Shown here piece by piece: positions 14,406 through 26,534 of a stretch of 64,000 bases of DNA. The notes beneath the pieces are model-generated. The model was not told the DNA's origin. It searched no databases and saw only the letters and a list, made by a program, of their open reading frames with translations. Both the position numbers and the translations under genes were made by a program. How positions within the stretch are numbered: position 1 is the first letter of the stretch; the number at the start of each line of letters is the position of its first letter. Source of the DNA: Camelus dromedarius (Eukaryota); assembly GCF_036321535.1 (NCBI RefSeq), contig NC_087437.1, positions 110,362,001 to 110,426,000 on the forward strand, read 5' to 3'.

Positions 14406-15172
14406 TAATTTGGGTTCTGCCCTCAATTCCAATGGTGGCGGGATGGATTTCCCTCCACATCACCAAGCAATTCCCAGAATACAGGCTAGGTATCCTACAA
14501 CTTAATGCCATTCTGACACTATCTCCCTGGAATAGCATGAATCCTACAAGACTATCCCCTCTCCCCACTTCAGATGCCAATCATAAGCCCACCAACTAGC
14601 TATTAATTAGAGGTTCCAACAACCCTCTACTTGTGTTCACTTAATTTACTAGAGCAGCTCACAGAACCCAGAGAAACATTTTACTCACTAGAGCACCAGT
14701 CTATTATAAAAGAATTTGACTCACAAACAACCAGCTGGAAAAGAAGCATAAGGCAAGATATGGAGAAATGGCATGGAGCCTCCATGTTCCCTCTGAATAC
14801 ACTGCTGCCCCCAAATCTTCATATGTTCACCAACCTGAAAACTCCAAACCCCGTTCCTTTGGGTTTCCATGGAGGCTTCATGACATAATTGGTTAAGTCA
14901 ATGGCCACTGGCCACAATTCAACCTCCAACACCTCTTGGGTCCCTGCAGGTCAGGAGGGTGGGACTGAAAGTACCAGCCTTTTGATCTTGTAGTTGGTTC
15001 CCATGGCAACCAGCCCCTATCCTTAGGTGAGGTTCAAATATCAGCTCATTAACAGAACAAACATAACTTTTCCCTCCTATCACTTAGAAAATTCTAGGGT
15101 TTTAGGAACTCCGTGGCAGAAATAGGGACAAAGATCAAACACGTATTTCTTATTATAAATCACACTGTGACG
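14406..15172. mobile_element. MER21-like LTR
   Basis: CACCAAGCAATTC...TTCTGACACTATCT...CAGATGCCAATC...CAGCTCACAGAAC motifs; TSD GGCCC (14401-14405 and 15173-15177). Confidence 0.85.
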
Positions 15173-17066
15173 GGCCCACATTAAAGTCTGATAAACACTG
15201 ATCTAGATAGCATACACTCCCATATTATTTGGACTGTTTATCAATGCGTTTCTCTCTTCATTTAAAAGTTTATCAATTCCTAATAGTTTTGATCTAAAAC
15301 CCAACAGCTTTCACAATCATCCATAATTACTGCAGCATGTTTCTCTCATGATCACAAATACCTCGATTAGCACTTCAATATACAAAACATGAGTGGTTCA
15401 AGTTACATCTGGGCTGTTTGCCTGCATTTGAAGTGAGTTTTCGGTACCTACAATAACTACAAATCCCAACAACATGCCTTGTCTAGATGACTGGTGATCG
15501 TCACACTACTGGAACCATCATAAGATCAGAAAAAATGAAAAGCTCAGAGAGTGGACATCAGGCTGTGCAGACCTCCAGAAGCTAATATCAAGGCAAATGT
15601 TAAATTTATTCTGTACATACCTGGCCAATGTATTTTCTTTCTTTTTCTGCTACTTTTCATCTTAAAAAAGAATATATGTTCATGCATGAGTGCAGGACAA
15701 CAGGTTCCTAACATACAATCTAGAACATACTTAATCTTTCAGCCAAAATGGATGAATTCTACCCTCTTACATATTGATATGCTCTTTTATTTCTGTAAAA
15801 TAGCCCATGTCAATATCTTGACAAACTAAATAAGATAGTGTTAAGATTGTTATGTATATTGTGCTTTTCTTATGAAGATTAATTAATATTACAAGAACAC
15901 CGTAAGTTTTAGAAATAATATTGTCCCCATGCCCCCCCCAAATTAACAAGAATAACTAAAAGACCTTTATATAATAGATATGATCATGCCTTCTGAATGC
16001 ACACAAGGAAGATTAAGGTGTAATCTATAAATACTCAGAACCAAATCAGAAAATACAATCTGAAATGATCAATTATCTGGCTACCATAGCCTACATGGTG
16101 CTACATTTTAAGGGAAGTAAATGTGCGTTATACATTCATTCCTCTAGGCACTCAACCCTTAAAAGAAATTCTAAAAAAGAGAAAGTCAATAATTAAAGAC
16201 TTCCGTCCTTTATCATTGCTACTAACTGAATATTAGAAATAGTCTAGTATAAACAACAAATATGTTTCGTCCTCTGGAGAATTTCTTACATAATATTTAA
16301 GCCTTGAATCCAAAGGAGGGGTGTAACATTATTTTGGGACACAGAAATGCTTCTCTTTGGACATTTTTGGGACCACACAAGTCAAAATATCTTAATGTTT
16401 CAACAGTGATCAAATGGAAAGTACCCTCAGAGGATCACAATCCTAAAAGAAACGTCAAAACATGGACATAGATCTGAGCAGCTTTTCAGAATAGAAAAAA
16501 ATTGGGCCCAAATGTGAACCTCTGAAAGTTCAAAATCATAAACCACTCAAACAGAGGGCAAATTCAGGAAAGCAAAAGGCAAAACTGGCAGGTAAACTAT
16601 TCTGGGATCCAGGATATAGATATAAACCAAATTCCAAACTGAATACAGAATGGAAAAAAAATACATAACAATGACAACACAACAAAATAGCCCCAAAAAT
16701 TAAGAAAGGAGGACCAACAATTGCTACTTCAGGTGAAGAATACTTAGAATAATCAGCATAGCAAAATGGCCCTCAGCTTGAACTATAGTGAACTATAAGC
16801 TCCATCTCCCAAGCATAGCATTCCATTAAGAGGAAAATGGACTTTTAAACAGAGAGGATCTGAGGAACTTCAGATAAAATTCATTCCAGTCAATCCACTT
16901 TGAATCAAAAAGTCAGTTCAGCACTTGCCCTTGGAGTCCCAGGTAAAAGAAAGAACAGGAAAATTAGTCACCCAAAAAAAATTATATAGGAATTGGCACA
17001 TAGGTATGAAGTGAACAGGCAGATAAGATGACAAGTCATAGTGATCAAGGTGCAGAAGTCCCCAGT

Positions 17067-17323
17067 TAAAACATGGGAGAATTCAGATGGCCAGTATCTT
17101 CCCCAGCTAGCTGGGGCTTCTATATCCCCAACCAATAGCAAAGACACAACCACAACCATATCCATGTCATTGGAAACTTGGGTATAGCAACCATAGCAGT
17201 ACCCATGGCCAGAGTCCCAGCAATAACCCAGATCTCAAGACACCATATCAAGAATCACAAAGTTTAGAAATGTCTAAAGGCAAGGGGGCACCAGTCAGAA
17301 TAGGAGTTGCTGTAATATGTTAT
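17067..17323 (-). pseudogene. Heavily decayed HGT-KRTAP relic (ends resemble KRTAP19/20/6-type proteins)
   Basis: Fragments across frames: (ATA)TYYSNSY..., LGYCWDSGHGYCYGCY, HGYGCGC..GWGYRSPS*, WGRYWPSEF; start codon lost; several frameshifts and stops. Confidence 0.6.
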
Positions 17324-19179
17324 ATTGAAACGAACGGCACCCTCTGATACCTGGGAGTAAGTAATTAAAGTTAGGCTGTCACAGTCTCCTTGGTCCACAC
17401 CTCTAGCCACGTCTACCTAACAATGAGGGGGACACTGCGAGTCAACCCCAACTCATCATTCTAATAACTGATTTAAACAATATTCATCAACCTCATTAAT
17501 CAGTTGTCCTTTTACATGAGGACCGACTTTGTACTTATTTCAAGACACTTAAATATGCTTTGATGTCAAGTTGCAACTCCCCTAAACCCATCTCCATCTG
17601 TGATCTACACTGAGAAGAGAAAAATCTCAATTTTTTGATCCCAAATGTAAAGCTCTGGAACTAGACTGCATCCTATTCTGTTCACATTCAGTTTTCTGAA
17701 ATTTCTTTCCCCTCTGATAAGACCTCATATCTCTCTCTCAAAACCTCTGTTGAGATGAACCTTCCCCAGAAACTGGGAGTTTCTGAACAAACTCACTTGT
17801 TTAGAATGTTGCCTTCATAGCACAGGATTTTGGAAGGTGACACACACCTTGCACTCCCCCCCACCCCGAGAAAGCTGAGTGACTGACAGGACATGGCTAA
17901 GTGTAGTAATTGCCCAAAGATAAAATTCAGAAATATTGACAGACCCCAGCCAAGGCAACCGCCAGCAACAACTAACACTGCTGACATGAAGTAATGGCTA
18001 TTTCTCTCAAAAAGCAGCAACAGATAGTAAATGGCTTCACTTACTTTTCAGGGTGTGCAGGTCTTTTAATGAATACCTCAGCTCAATAAAAATTATATTA
18101 AACTTAATAGTTGCCAGTCTCTGAGTTGATGAAAAGCTCAAGTAGAGGCCCCAAGGCTCTGCTCAAGAAGAGCTTTTGAAAATCAAGCCGATTCTACACT
18201 TTAATTTGTCTCTGTAACAGTAAAGCAACACAAACAAATTTTATCTACTCAGTACATCTCTGGATTGGACTTTGAAACCTACAGAAATCCCATCCTCACC
18301 CCAGAGTTCTATTTTTCTATTTGTTCTCATATTACGTTGAGAAGGGCAATGTGCTGATAGATTTATTCACAATCACAAAGTGCTGGTGCAATCAACAAAA
18401 AACTCTGAATTGCTGTGCAAACACAAGGTAAACTGTTATGCTATCACAAGTAAAAGAATAGAAAGTAAATAGAAATAATTATACATATAGCCATAAATTC
18501 TGTAAAATGGAAAGCCATTTTATGTTCAAGGCAAAATTATAGCCAATGGTCATGTTTAACATAATGCTCATCAACAAAATCACACGGTAATGATAGAAAT
18601 CTAGGCTGTCAAAGGGAAGGTTAGAACTACATAAAGGATTGTAGCGGTCAGAAGCCTTAAAGGCAAGATTTGTAGGGTTACAAGAAACAACATTTTGGCA
18701 GGTGTCTGAATGTAATCTTTTCCACGCTATCATGGACACTTCCTTGCTCTCTTGACCAATCCTGCTTCTTATCAACAGTCAATGAAAAATATTTATTGCT
18801 ACTCTCTTCCCATGGAGTACTGTTTAACTTCTTCATCATGTTGCCCTGAGTGTTGGCCTCACCATTTTATTGACTGACAAAACAATGTTGAGCTCAACCA
18901 GCCAGTCAATTTACAGGAAATGTTGCTGCCGTTTGATCACCTGCTCTCTCACCCTGTACTGTTTTTTTTTTTTTTTCCTTTAGTTGGGCTGTGTTATGGA
19001 TCATGAGTCATGGCAAGGATCTTCCAAGAGAAAGAGAAATTTTTTTAAATGTACAGTATTTAAAGGAGAACACAGATACATTAATAAGTGTGATATTCTA
19101 GAAGAAAACTCACAGGAAACTGTCCTGCATGATCTACTCTGCTAATAAAATATATCTTAAAAATTATTTCCAAGCCAGT

Positions 19180-19440
19180 ACTTATGAAGAGAACCCTAAA
19201 ACTTTCACAGAGGGGAGGGGAGTGGGAAATCATTCATACGAAGGACTAGAGATCAGAATGCTATTAGATATCTCAGAAGCAAAATTGGAAGCCAGAAGAA
19301 AATGAAGCAATGTTTTCAGTAAGATGAAAAAAAAAAGATATATTTCTAACCTAGAAAACCAGTCAATCTATAAGTTAACTGTCGATATAAAATAAACAGA
19401 CATCCAGGACCACAGAAAATTTAGACCCACTAGCTCAGGA
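19180..19440 (+). mobile_element. Old L1 ORF1-region fragment
   Basis: ATCAGAATGCTATTAGATATCTCAGAAGCAAAATTGGAAGCCAGAAGAAAATGAAGCAATG resembles L1 ORF1. Confidence 0.65.
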
Positions 19441-20949
19441 AAGTTCTCTCTAGGGCCCTATTGGACATAGTATGAAATAAGGAATTTATTTTCATTACAC
19501 TGGCCTGACATTGAAGGATAACATGTGTCCTAAATACTGAAAATATTTCTGACCTTTGATTAAGTATCTTGGCTCTACTTGGAGTCTAAAACAAGGAAAT
19601 AAATTGGCAATAGTGATTATTTAATGGTGTTCATTAAAATACTGTTTCAATCGGTGTTTGAAAACACCCTGAATGTGTAAAACTGAGATTAAATGCATTA
19701 AATATGCTGTATTTATGTAAAGAAATACAATGTAGTCATTTTTAAAATATGTTTTCAAATAATTTTCAATTTTATAAAAGAGCTTTCAAAATAATTACAC
19801 TGTAAAAAGTATTAAGTACATTCAGTCACTAAAGAGATGATATTAGTCTCTCTTTTTTTTTTAGTCTCTCTTGATTAATGGATAATACGTATTTTTTTCT
19901 TACTCTATTTTCCATACAGTTTGCAATGAATAATTATTCATAGAAAAATAGATTTTTTAATTTTTTCTATAAAAGTTAATCACAACTCATGTTCCTTTAA
20001 CCTTTTCCTATGGAGCTGAATTTCTTTCCCTTTACTTCTAATATAGAGAAATTTCTAGTTGTTTCTAAGCAATATCTTCTAATGCTTTTCTCTAGACTCT
20101 TCCTTAATTTCCTACATTCTTAACAAAATTCAGATGATAAAACAGAATCACTGTTCTAATAACGGTCTGGACAGAGCCATGTAGTGAAAGGATTAATTTT
20201 CACTTTCTATGTGACATACTTCTACTAACTCACATTTGTATCTGGTTCTTTTTAAATTATACGTTACATTACTGATTCATTCCTAGTGTATGACTAGTTT
20301 GGTTTCTACAATATTTTCCTGAGTCAAGATTTCTCCATTCTTTCCCTGGCACTGCCTTGTACTTGGTCCCTCTCATGCCAAACTTCATTCTTGCTGGTCA
20401 CTTTGTTTCAGTCACCTTTGAAATCTATTCCTAATCTCCAAAGTTTGAGACTATCACTCAAGTTAGCAAAGCTAGGAAAACGTGGTGAACATGTCAATTT
20501 CTTTATCGAGATCAGTGTTTCTTTAAAGGTGACTCTGATGTCATCAACCTCATAATCTTTTGTGCTGGTTAAATATGCAGATAAGTAGGGTGTGCCCTCA
20601 GACACCAGACCAGAAGAGTCTATGGAAGCAGAGCCCTCAAGTCTACATCTTTTAACAGCTTGGCTAGAATTTTTATGCATGCTCAGATTTGAAAACCATG
20701 AAATGTAGGTCACTGCAAAATAAATTTCACACTATTTCATACATCTGTCATGGTTGATAAGACATTTTCAGAAACTTCCAGGTTCTCTATCCTTAAATTT
20801 CTTCTCTCTCTCTCTCTCTCTTTTTTTTTTTTTTTTCTGAGGCCAATCAACCTGGAGGTCCAAATTCTGGATGGATTATACTCTAAGCTTATTCCTAACC
20901 AAAAATAGATTCAAGAAGCTTAGCAAACCCCATATAGGACATACCTAAA

Positions 20950-21205
20950 GACGTCTGTTTCACAAGGTTATATACTGTATAATTTCATTTGTATGTCTCT
21001 GTCAAACGGACAAAATACTGTGATGGAGAACAGGCCAAGGGTTGTCAAAATTAGGAGATACAGTATGACTAAAATACGGACAGCATGAGTTTTCTGGGGT
21101 GATGAAACTGTTCTATATCCTAAATGCTCTGATAATTACAAAGATATATGTATGCATGTTTTAAAACATGTATACAATTTTATTGTATGTTGATTTTTAA
21201 AAATT
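20950..21205 (+). mobile_element. Old L1 (L1ME/MC-like) 3' end fragment
   Basis: TACTGTATAATTTCATTTGTATG...TTTCTGGGGTGATGAAACTGTTCTATATCC. Confidence 0.65.
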
Positions 21206-22703
21206 TAAGCTGACTTGATAATTTCCCTAAAGATATAAAATTCTCCATTTATTTAGATGATCCAGATTTTATCTTTAGATACAGTTATGTTTTTCAGAGA
21301 GCTTTAATTCTACATTACATTTTAATTCTGTATTTTGCTACCTATACGAATGCTTTATGCTGGATTTTGCTTTATGCTGCCATGTAGGCTTGCATTGAAG
21401 GTGACTATAAGAAATAGACATTATAAACTCATTATAACGTTAATTATGGAAGTGTTCTTAAAGTGATATTTAATAATAATAATATTTTTTAAAGATTACT
21501 TAGCATCAACAGCTAATTCAATGCAAGACCATGAATGCACAAAATTAGAGACCCAAGGGGGTTTGAATATTATTCTAGGAGCTGTAGTTTTGATCAAGTT
21601 TGATCTCCTAACACAGTGAATTCTGCCATTTGTCTTCCAGGTCCATTTTTACATCAAGTTTGGTGATTCAGGAATAAATCAGAATATGAAATACAACTCA
21701 CCTAACAATAGTCATCTTTCCTGACCTTTTATATTTAAAGAAATTTAAAATGTATTTCTCATATTCCTTCCCTGTTGAGAATACTCACAAGGATAACCTT
21801 TTCTTAGCATAATGTGAGACAAATATCACCATAACATTATTGGGATTTATTTTAATTCACAACTTTGTCTTTTGTTAATTATGGTTTAATCATTAAACTC
21901 ATACCACAGACTCAAGAAATTGCCATATAAACAAAAAGCAAACTGAAAACAGAATATAATAGACATAGAAGAGATATAAATTTTAAGATTGCTTCTATAC
22001 ACTGGTTCTTTAGTTGGTATTGTCAATATCAAGCCGGAATAAAGACAACAGGAAACTGGAAAGTGTTTTTTAAAAGCTAAAAACCCTTTATTGAGGCAGT
22101 TAACACACTGAAGATTGGAGAGGTTAGAGCTAATTTTAATTCCTAGAATTCTTAGTTAAGAGTATATAGTATAGTTAAGAGGAATGAAAGAAGAGTCCAT
22201 GAACTTTCACCACGGACTGTTTATTTTTTTTATTAAATCTATATCCCTTTAGTAGCTAGAATGCTTAGAATTACGAAGTATTACTCTCACTGCAAAATGC
22301 AAGAGGAAAATATATCCACAAAGAATGAACCAAGAGAAAATAACAAAATTGAAAATCACGTTTGTAGGCTAATCATGTTTCTAGGTTGTAGGCTAATATA
22401 TTCTAATAAATATTAGAATAAGGAAGTGAATGAAAAAAAAACTGAACCAGAATTTAGTGGAAAACATGAAAATCAAACATACTGGGGAATTTAAAATTCT
22501 AAGGTACAGCATCCTATTAAGAAAAATTGACTTCAATTAAAGTTCAGTCCACAAAGCTTCTGATCACTCTACTTTGCACAGTTCAATACAAAAAGGATCT
22601 GAAGTCCATGTCTTATCCTCTGGAAAACTGTCAATAAAACTTTGCTTCAAGTTTGGTCCCTGAGGACACAAATTATTGTACAGTTCACATGGTTAGAAGT
22701 TGA

Positions 22704-22895
22704 TTAATACAGATTGAATGTCCAGTCTCTTCTGTAGTTAAGTGGCTGGGAGCCACCATACCCATAGCCAAAGCCATAGCCCACTGCGGAGCAGGTGCTG
22801 CCATATCCACAGCCAGCACTGTCCCCCAGGGGCTAGCCACAACTGCCCCACTACACGCCTGGGTAGATGCCCTGATTGATGAAGCCACAGGACAT
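22704..22895 (-). pseudogene. KRTAP8-2-like pseudogene (63 codons, two in-frame TAG stops)
   Basis: Manual translation MSCGFINQGIYPGV*WGSCG*PLGDSAGCGYGSTCSAVGYGFGYGYGGSQPLNYRRDWTFNLY*; TAG at 22851-22853 and 22833-22835; colinear with KRTAP8-1; intact TATA and CCACACCC box. Confidence 0.92.
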
Positions 22896-22968
22896 TTAGT
22901 TAAGAGTTGGGTGTTTAGCAGCAAAGACCACGTTTCCTGGGAATGACTTGCTCCATCTGTCCAAAGCC

Positions 22969-22996
22969 TTTTATACACTCCCACCTGAGGGTGTGG
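22969..22996 (-). promoter_or_regulatory. Retained core promoter of the KRTAP8-2-like pseudogene (CCACACCC plus TATAAAA)
   Basis: Minus strand CCACACCCTCAGGTGGGAGTGTATAAAAG, nearly the same spacing as in KRTAP8-1. Confidence 0.75.
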
Positions 22997-24439
22997 CAAC
23001 AAATAGCCCCTTGTTCCTAGGCATTTTTACTGCTCTTTAAAATCGTTTGTGGTTAACTGACTCCCTAGTGTTCTTTGAATTAGTTTAGTCCCTATAATGA
23101 AGAAGCTACTGAAGAGTCATCAAAGTCTTTGGTAAAAGCAGGTTCCCAATTTAACCTTCAAAAATCAGGCTTCCTAACAACCAGAAGATTTCTTACCATA
23201 TTATCTAACATTGTCTGTAAGATTGCAGATACTTTCTGGTCATACAAAAGGGATTATTAATGCTGTCTAAACTGTGAGATTAAAGATACTAAAGATTCTT
23301 TTCCTAAGAAATTTTTGATACATGATTGAACCCATTATAGATGTTTTCAAAACTAAGGCAAATCTTCTGTTAATCATATCTCATGAGATCTAGAAGTCTA
23401 TTTCTCAGTAATAATCTATTCCACCATTCAATTGCAACTGTTTTGTGTTCAGTGATCATTTGATATTTATCAATGATGAGGAACTATATTTTTATGTTTA
23501 TGAGTAATCAGCTTTTGAGGATGGCCAATCTCTTCAACTAACTTTTTAATGAATTTTCAATTTCTTCACTCTTCCTCCTTTGTCTTGGAATTATCAACTA
23601 CCTTTAGATTCTAATTTTGTTAAGTAAATTTGAGTTGACACTACCAAGATCTGCTGGACATGAGAAAATAAGTAATTAGAAGAACGGAGTATTTACAGAG
23701 TCAGCCATGTTAGATAAATGACAGCTGTAGTTTCCCTCCTGTTTCGGTCAGAAATTTACCCTCAAGAAACATGACTTGGCCTGACTACCTGCCTGCACTC
23801 AGAATGAGAAGACCACATCATAAATGTAGCATTAGCCTTTTGAGAGAAACTTAAAGAATTTGTGAACAGACTTTACGTCTTAAACATATATTTAAATCAT
23901 TTAACCAACTGGTTTTCACCTAACGATTCCTTAGATATCCTAAGGATCAATATTACTGGAAAAGTGCCCACTGGGATGACTGAAATAGGAAAAGACTAGA
24001 TTATGGTATCAAAGTACAAATTTAATAAAACAAAAGCAATTCTTCCAATTTTTACCTAATTCCTTAAAATACCTCATTGTTTAGAAGCATATAACAGCAG
24101 ATGACATGGGGCTTGATGTTTATTTTGGAAAGGTTAATGAAAATAATATATTTGAATTTTTACTTAATTCTGGATTGAACATGTTTAAATCCACCATTGA
24201 ATAAGGATCATATAAAGAATCCTACTGGAGCTATATTTAATATTAGGTGAAAGAACAAAGTATTGGCCATTAAAGTATAAGAATGCACTAATGGATTTCT
24301 TTATTACTTCAGAAAAGCATGTAAAATATCAAAGAATATACTTAAACCTTGCATGTACTTGCTTATATCTCTGCTTTTATCACTTATAAGAGTGTTATTT
24401 GGTCAATATGTAATATAATGAAAGGGCTACAAGAGTAGA

Positions 24440-24620
24440 AGCTATAAATTCTGGTCTGAGATCTGACCTTTGACAATAACACCACACTCTGTGCCTCAGT
24501 CGCAAAGCTGTAAAGAAGCGGTAACTAGCTTTCCTAATTCATGAGGCTTTGTAAAGCTCTAATGAGATAATGTAGATGAATATACAGTGAAATCATAAGG
24601 TACAATACAAGTGTGAGCTA
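24440..24620 (+). mobile_element. MIR SINE
   Basis: CTCTGTGCCTCAGT...CTGTAAAG...AATGAGATAATGTAGATGAA. Confidence 0.65.
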
Positions 24621-25566
24621 AAATCATTGTTTTCTTTTGCTCACTCCAAATCTAATCAATCTTACAAGCAGTTAACTAAAACTATTCTATATGAATTTGA
24701 TGAACCAATAATTTAATATTCTAGAGCAGTATTTCACAGATGTAACAAGCATCAGAATTTTAGTTGGCTTGTTAGTTAAAACGCATATTTCTGACTCTGT
24801 AGATCTTGAGGGAAAGAGATAGAAATCTTGAGAATTTGCCTTTTTAAAATGTTCCTATTTGACGCTGATATTGGCAGTCTAGAAACCACATATTGAGAAG
24901 CGTGCTTCTAAAGAAGAGATAAAATTGAAAAGAGTATAGGGAAATGTATGTTCATAGCCACACATAATGTATATACTTTAACATGGATAGTCCTTCTGTA
25001 TGATTTAGGATCCAAGACAAAGCGGTTTGATTTCATTACTGGACTTTGGATATTACTAATCTAATCAAATTAACCTGGACATCACCAAGCCCATTTGGGT
25101 TAGCCCACATAGCACATATATCATGTAGCTAACACTTTCTGATAATCTATAAAAATCAGTCTCTATTTTAACATTGCTTTTATTGGATGCAACAAAAGTG
25201 AAAATATGACCATCATAATAAACATACTTAAACCAAAGAGCAGATATTCAAACCACATGTTCTTTGTCAACTCAGATAAGTTTTTGAGGAGAAAATAGAA
25301 GCATCCTCAAGATGAAAAATCAAAGACAAATGTGCTAGAGTAGAATGTATTTCAAATAAGAATCACAAGCCTAAATGATGAACTTCAGGACAAGTTCAAA
25401 GAATTACAGACTGAAGGTGATACATCTTGAAGTGAGCCAGATCCAGTGTGTGCAGAAGCTGAACTTGTTCAAGCAGCATCTTCTGACTCAAAGAAGCTTA
25501 GAAGCAGACAGGAAACAAAAGAGCAAGATGTCCCAGGAGTGCCAAGGTCTCAGATGTGCAGATTAA

Positions 25567-25757
25567 TCAATAGACTCCTATTGCCCCGTATCTTTTATAG
25601 CCAACTGGTCAGTTACTTCTATAGCCATAATCCAGGCCACAGCCCAGAGGTAAGAAGGTGCTACCATATCCACGGTCAGTACAGGGGTTCAGGGAATACC
25701 CATAACTTCCCCAGTAGCCATTGGGTTGAAATTGTCAAGATAGAAGTCACAATACAT
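25567..25757 (-). pseudogene. Diverged KRTAP8-family pseudogene (1-bp deletion plus internal TGA)
   Basis: MYCDFYLDNFNP-(frameshift)-GYWGSYGYSLNPCTDRGYGSTFLPLGCGLDYGYRSN*PVGYKRYGAIGVY*; 191 nt = 192-1; aligns position by position with KAP8; TGA at 25609-25611. Confidence 0.85.
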
Positions 25758-26534
25758 TGTTCAGGAGACAAGGATTTGATCAGGCAGCAAGGTTAATGGC
25801 TACAGAACATAATGGGATCCTTCTTCCTATGTGACTCATGTGACCTCAGTGGAGGGCTGTGATGAAGAAATGTATGTCCTTCATTCTTTAAATCAAAGGA
25901 ATTAAAATTCTTATTAATCTCCTAGATCTCATTGAAAAAAGAAGAGATCCTCATTACTCTTGAAAGAGGTTTGAGCTTGATTAACTACTCAAGAATTCTT
26001 CTTTACGGGTTTTGTACCTGTAATGAGAAGTTACTGCCATGTCTACTGTGTCTTCAAAGTGTTGGGTTAAACTAGACTCCAAATTTAATCATCCAATTAT
26101 CAGACTTCTCAACAACAAAAACCATGCTGGTTGCAACACCAAACCATGTTTTTAGTCCACAGGAATTTACTGAATGTCCTCATGCTTCATAAAGTTCTAT
26201 ACCAAGGCTTGAGGTGTAGATATTAAAGAGCTTGTAGATCTAGCAAACCTTTCAAACTAGAAGCAAAGGCAAAACAAACAAGCCTACAATCAGCGTAAAT
26301 ATATGCAGTTAAATCCCATTAATTATAAAATGTCGAGTGGATGTAGTGGGGCAAGGATTATAGTAGCAGTTTGTGTAGATATAAAATGGTGTAGATGAAT
26401 TAAACTATAAGATTGATGTCTGGACCAGGGAGAGTATAGCAAAGCACTCAGATAACAAAAGAATGTTTCTCTTGATCTTATACACTATAAAACCAAACTT
26501 TGAAAACAGACAAGGAACAATGAGAACTGAGATG

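Larger units (their letters stand above)
13790..15200 (+). mobile_element. MER5A1-like hAT MITE split into three pieces by two LTR insertions
   Basis: Pieces 13790-13851, 14325-14405 and 15173-15200 join into a MER5A-type sequence; flanks ATCTAAGAT/ATCTAGAT. Confidence 0.75.

Noticed and set aside
22833..22853. Programmed amber readthrough or recoding of the two TAG codons
   Set aside because: Two stops plus several other Tyr-destroying substitutions fit ordinary pseudogene decay; no recoding signal is visible.
22685..23002. 105-aa ORF over the KRTAP8-2-like locus as a rescued or novel protein
   Set aside because: It starts at a non-ATG codon upstream of the TATA box and is the shifted frame of Gly/Tyr codons (AMALAM pattern), also seen over KRTAP8-1 and KRTAP7-1.
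25375..25796. Plus-strand ORFs of 63 and 116 aa
   Set aside because: Antisense to the KRTAP8-like pseudogene and its 3' flank; no recognisable product.
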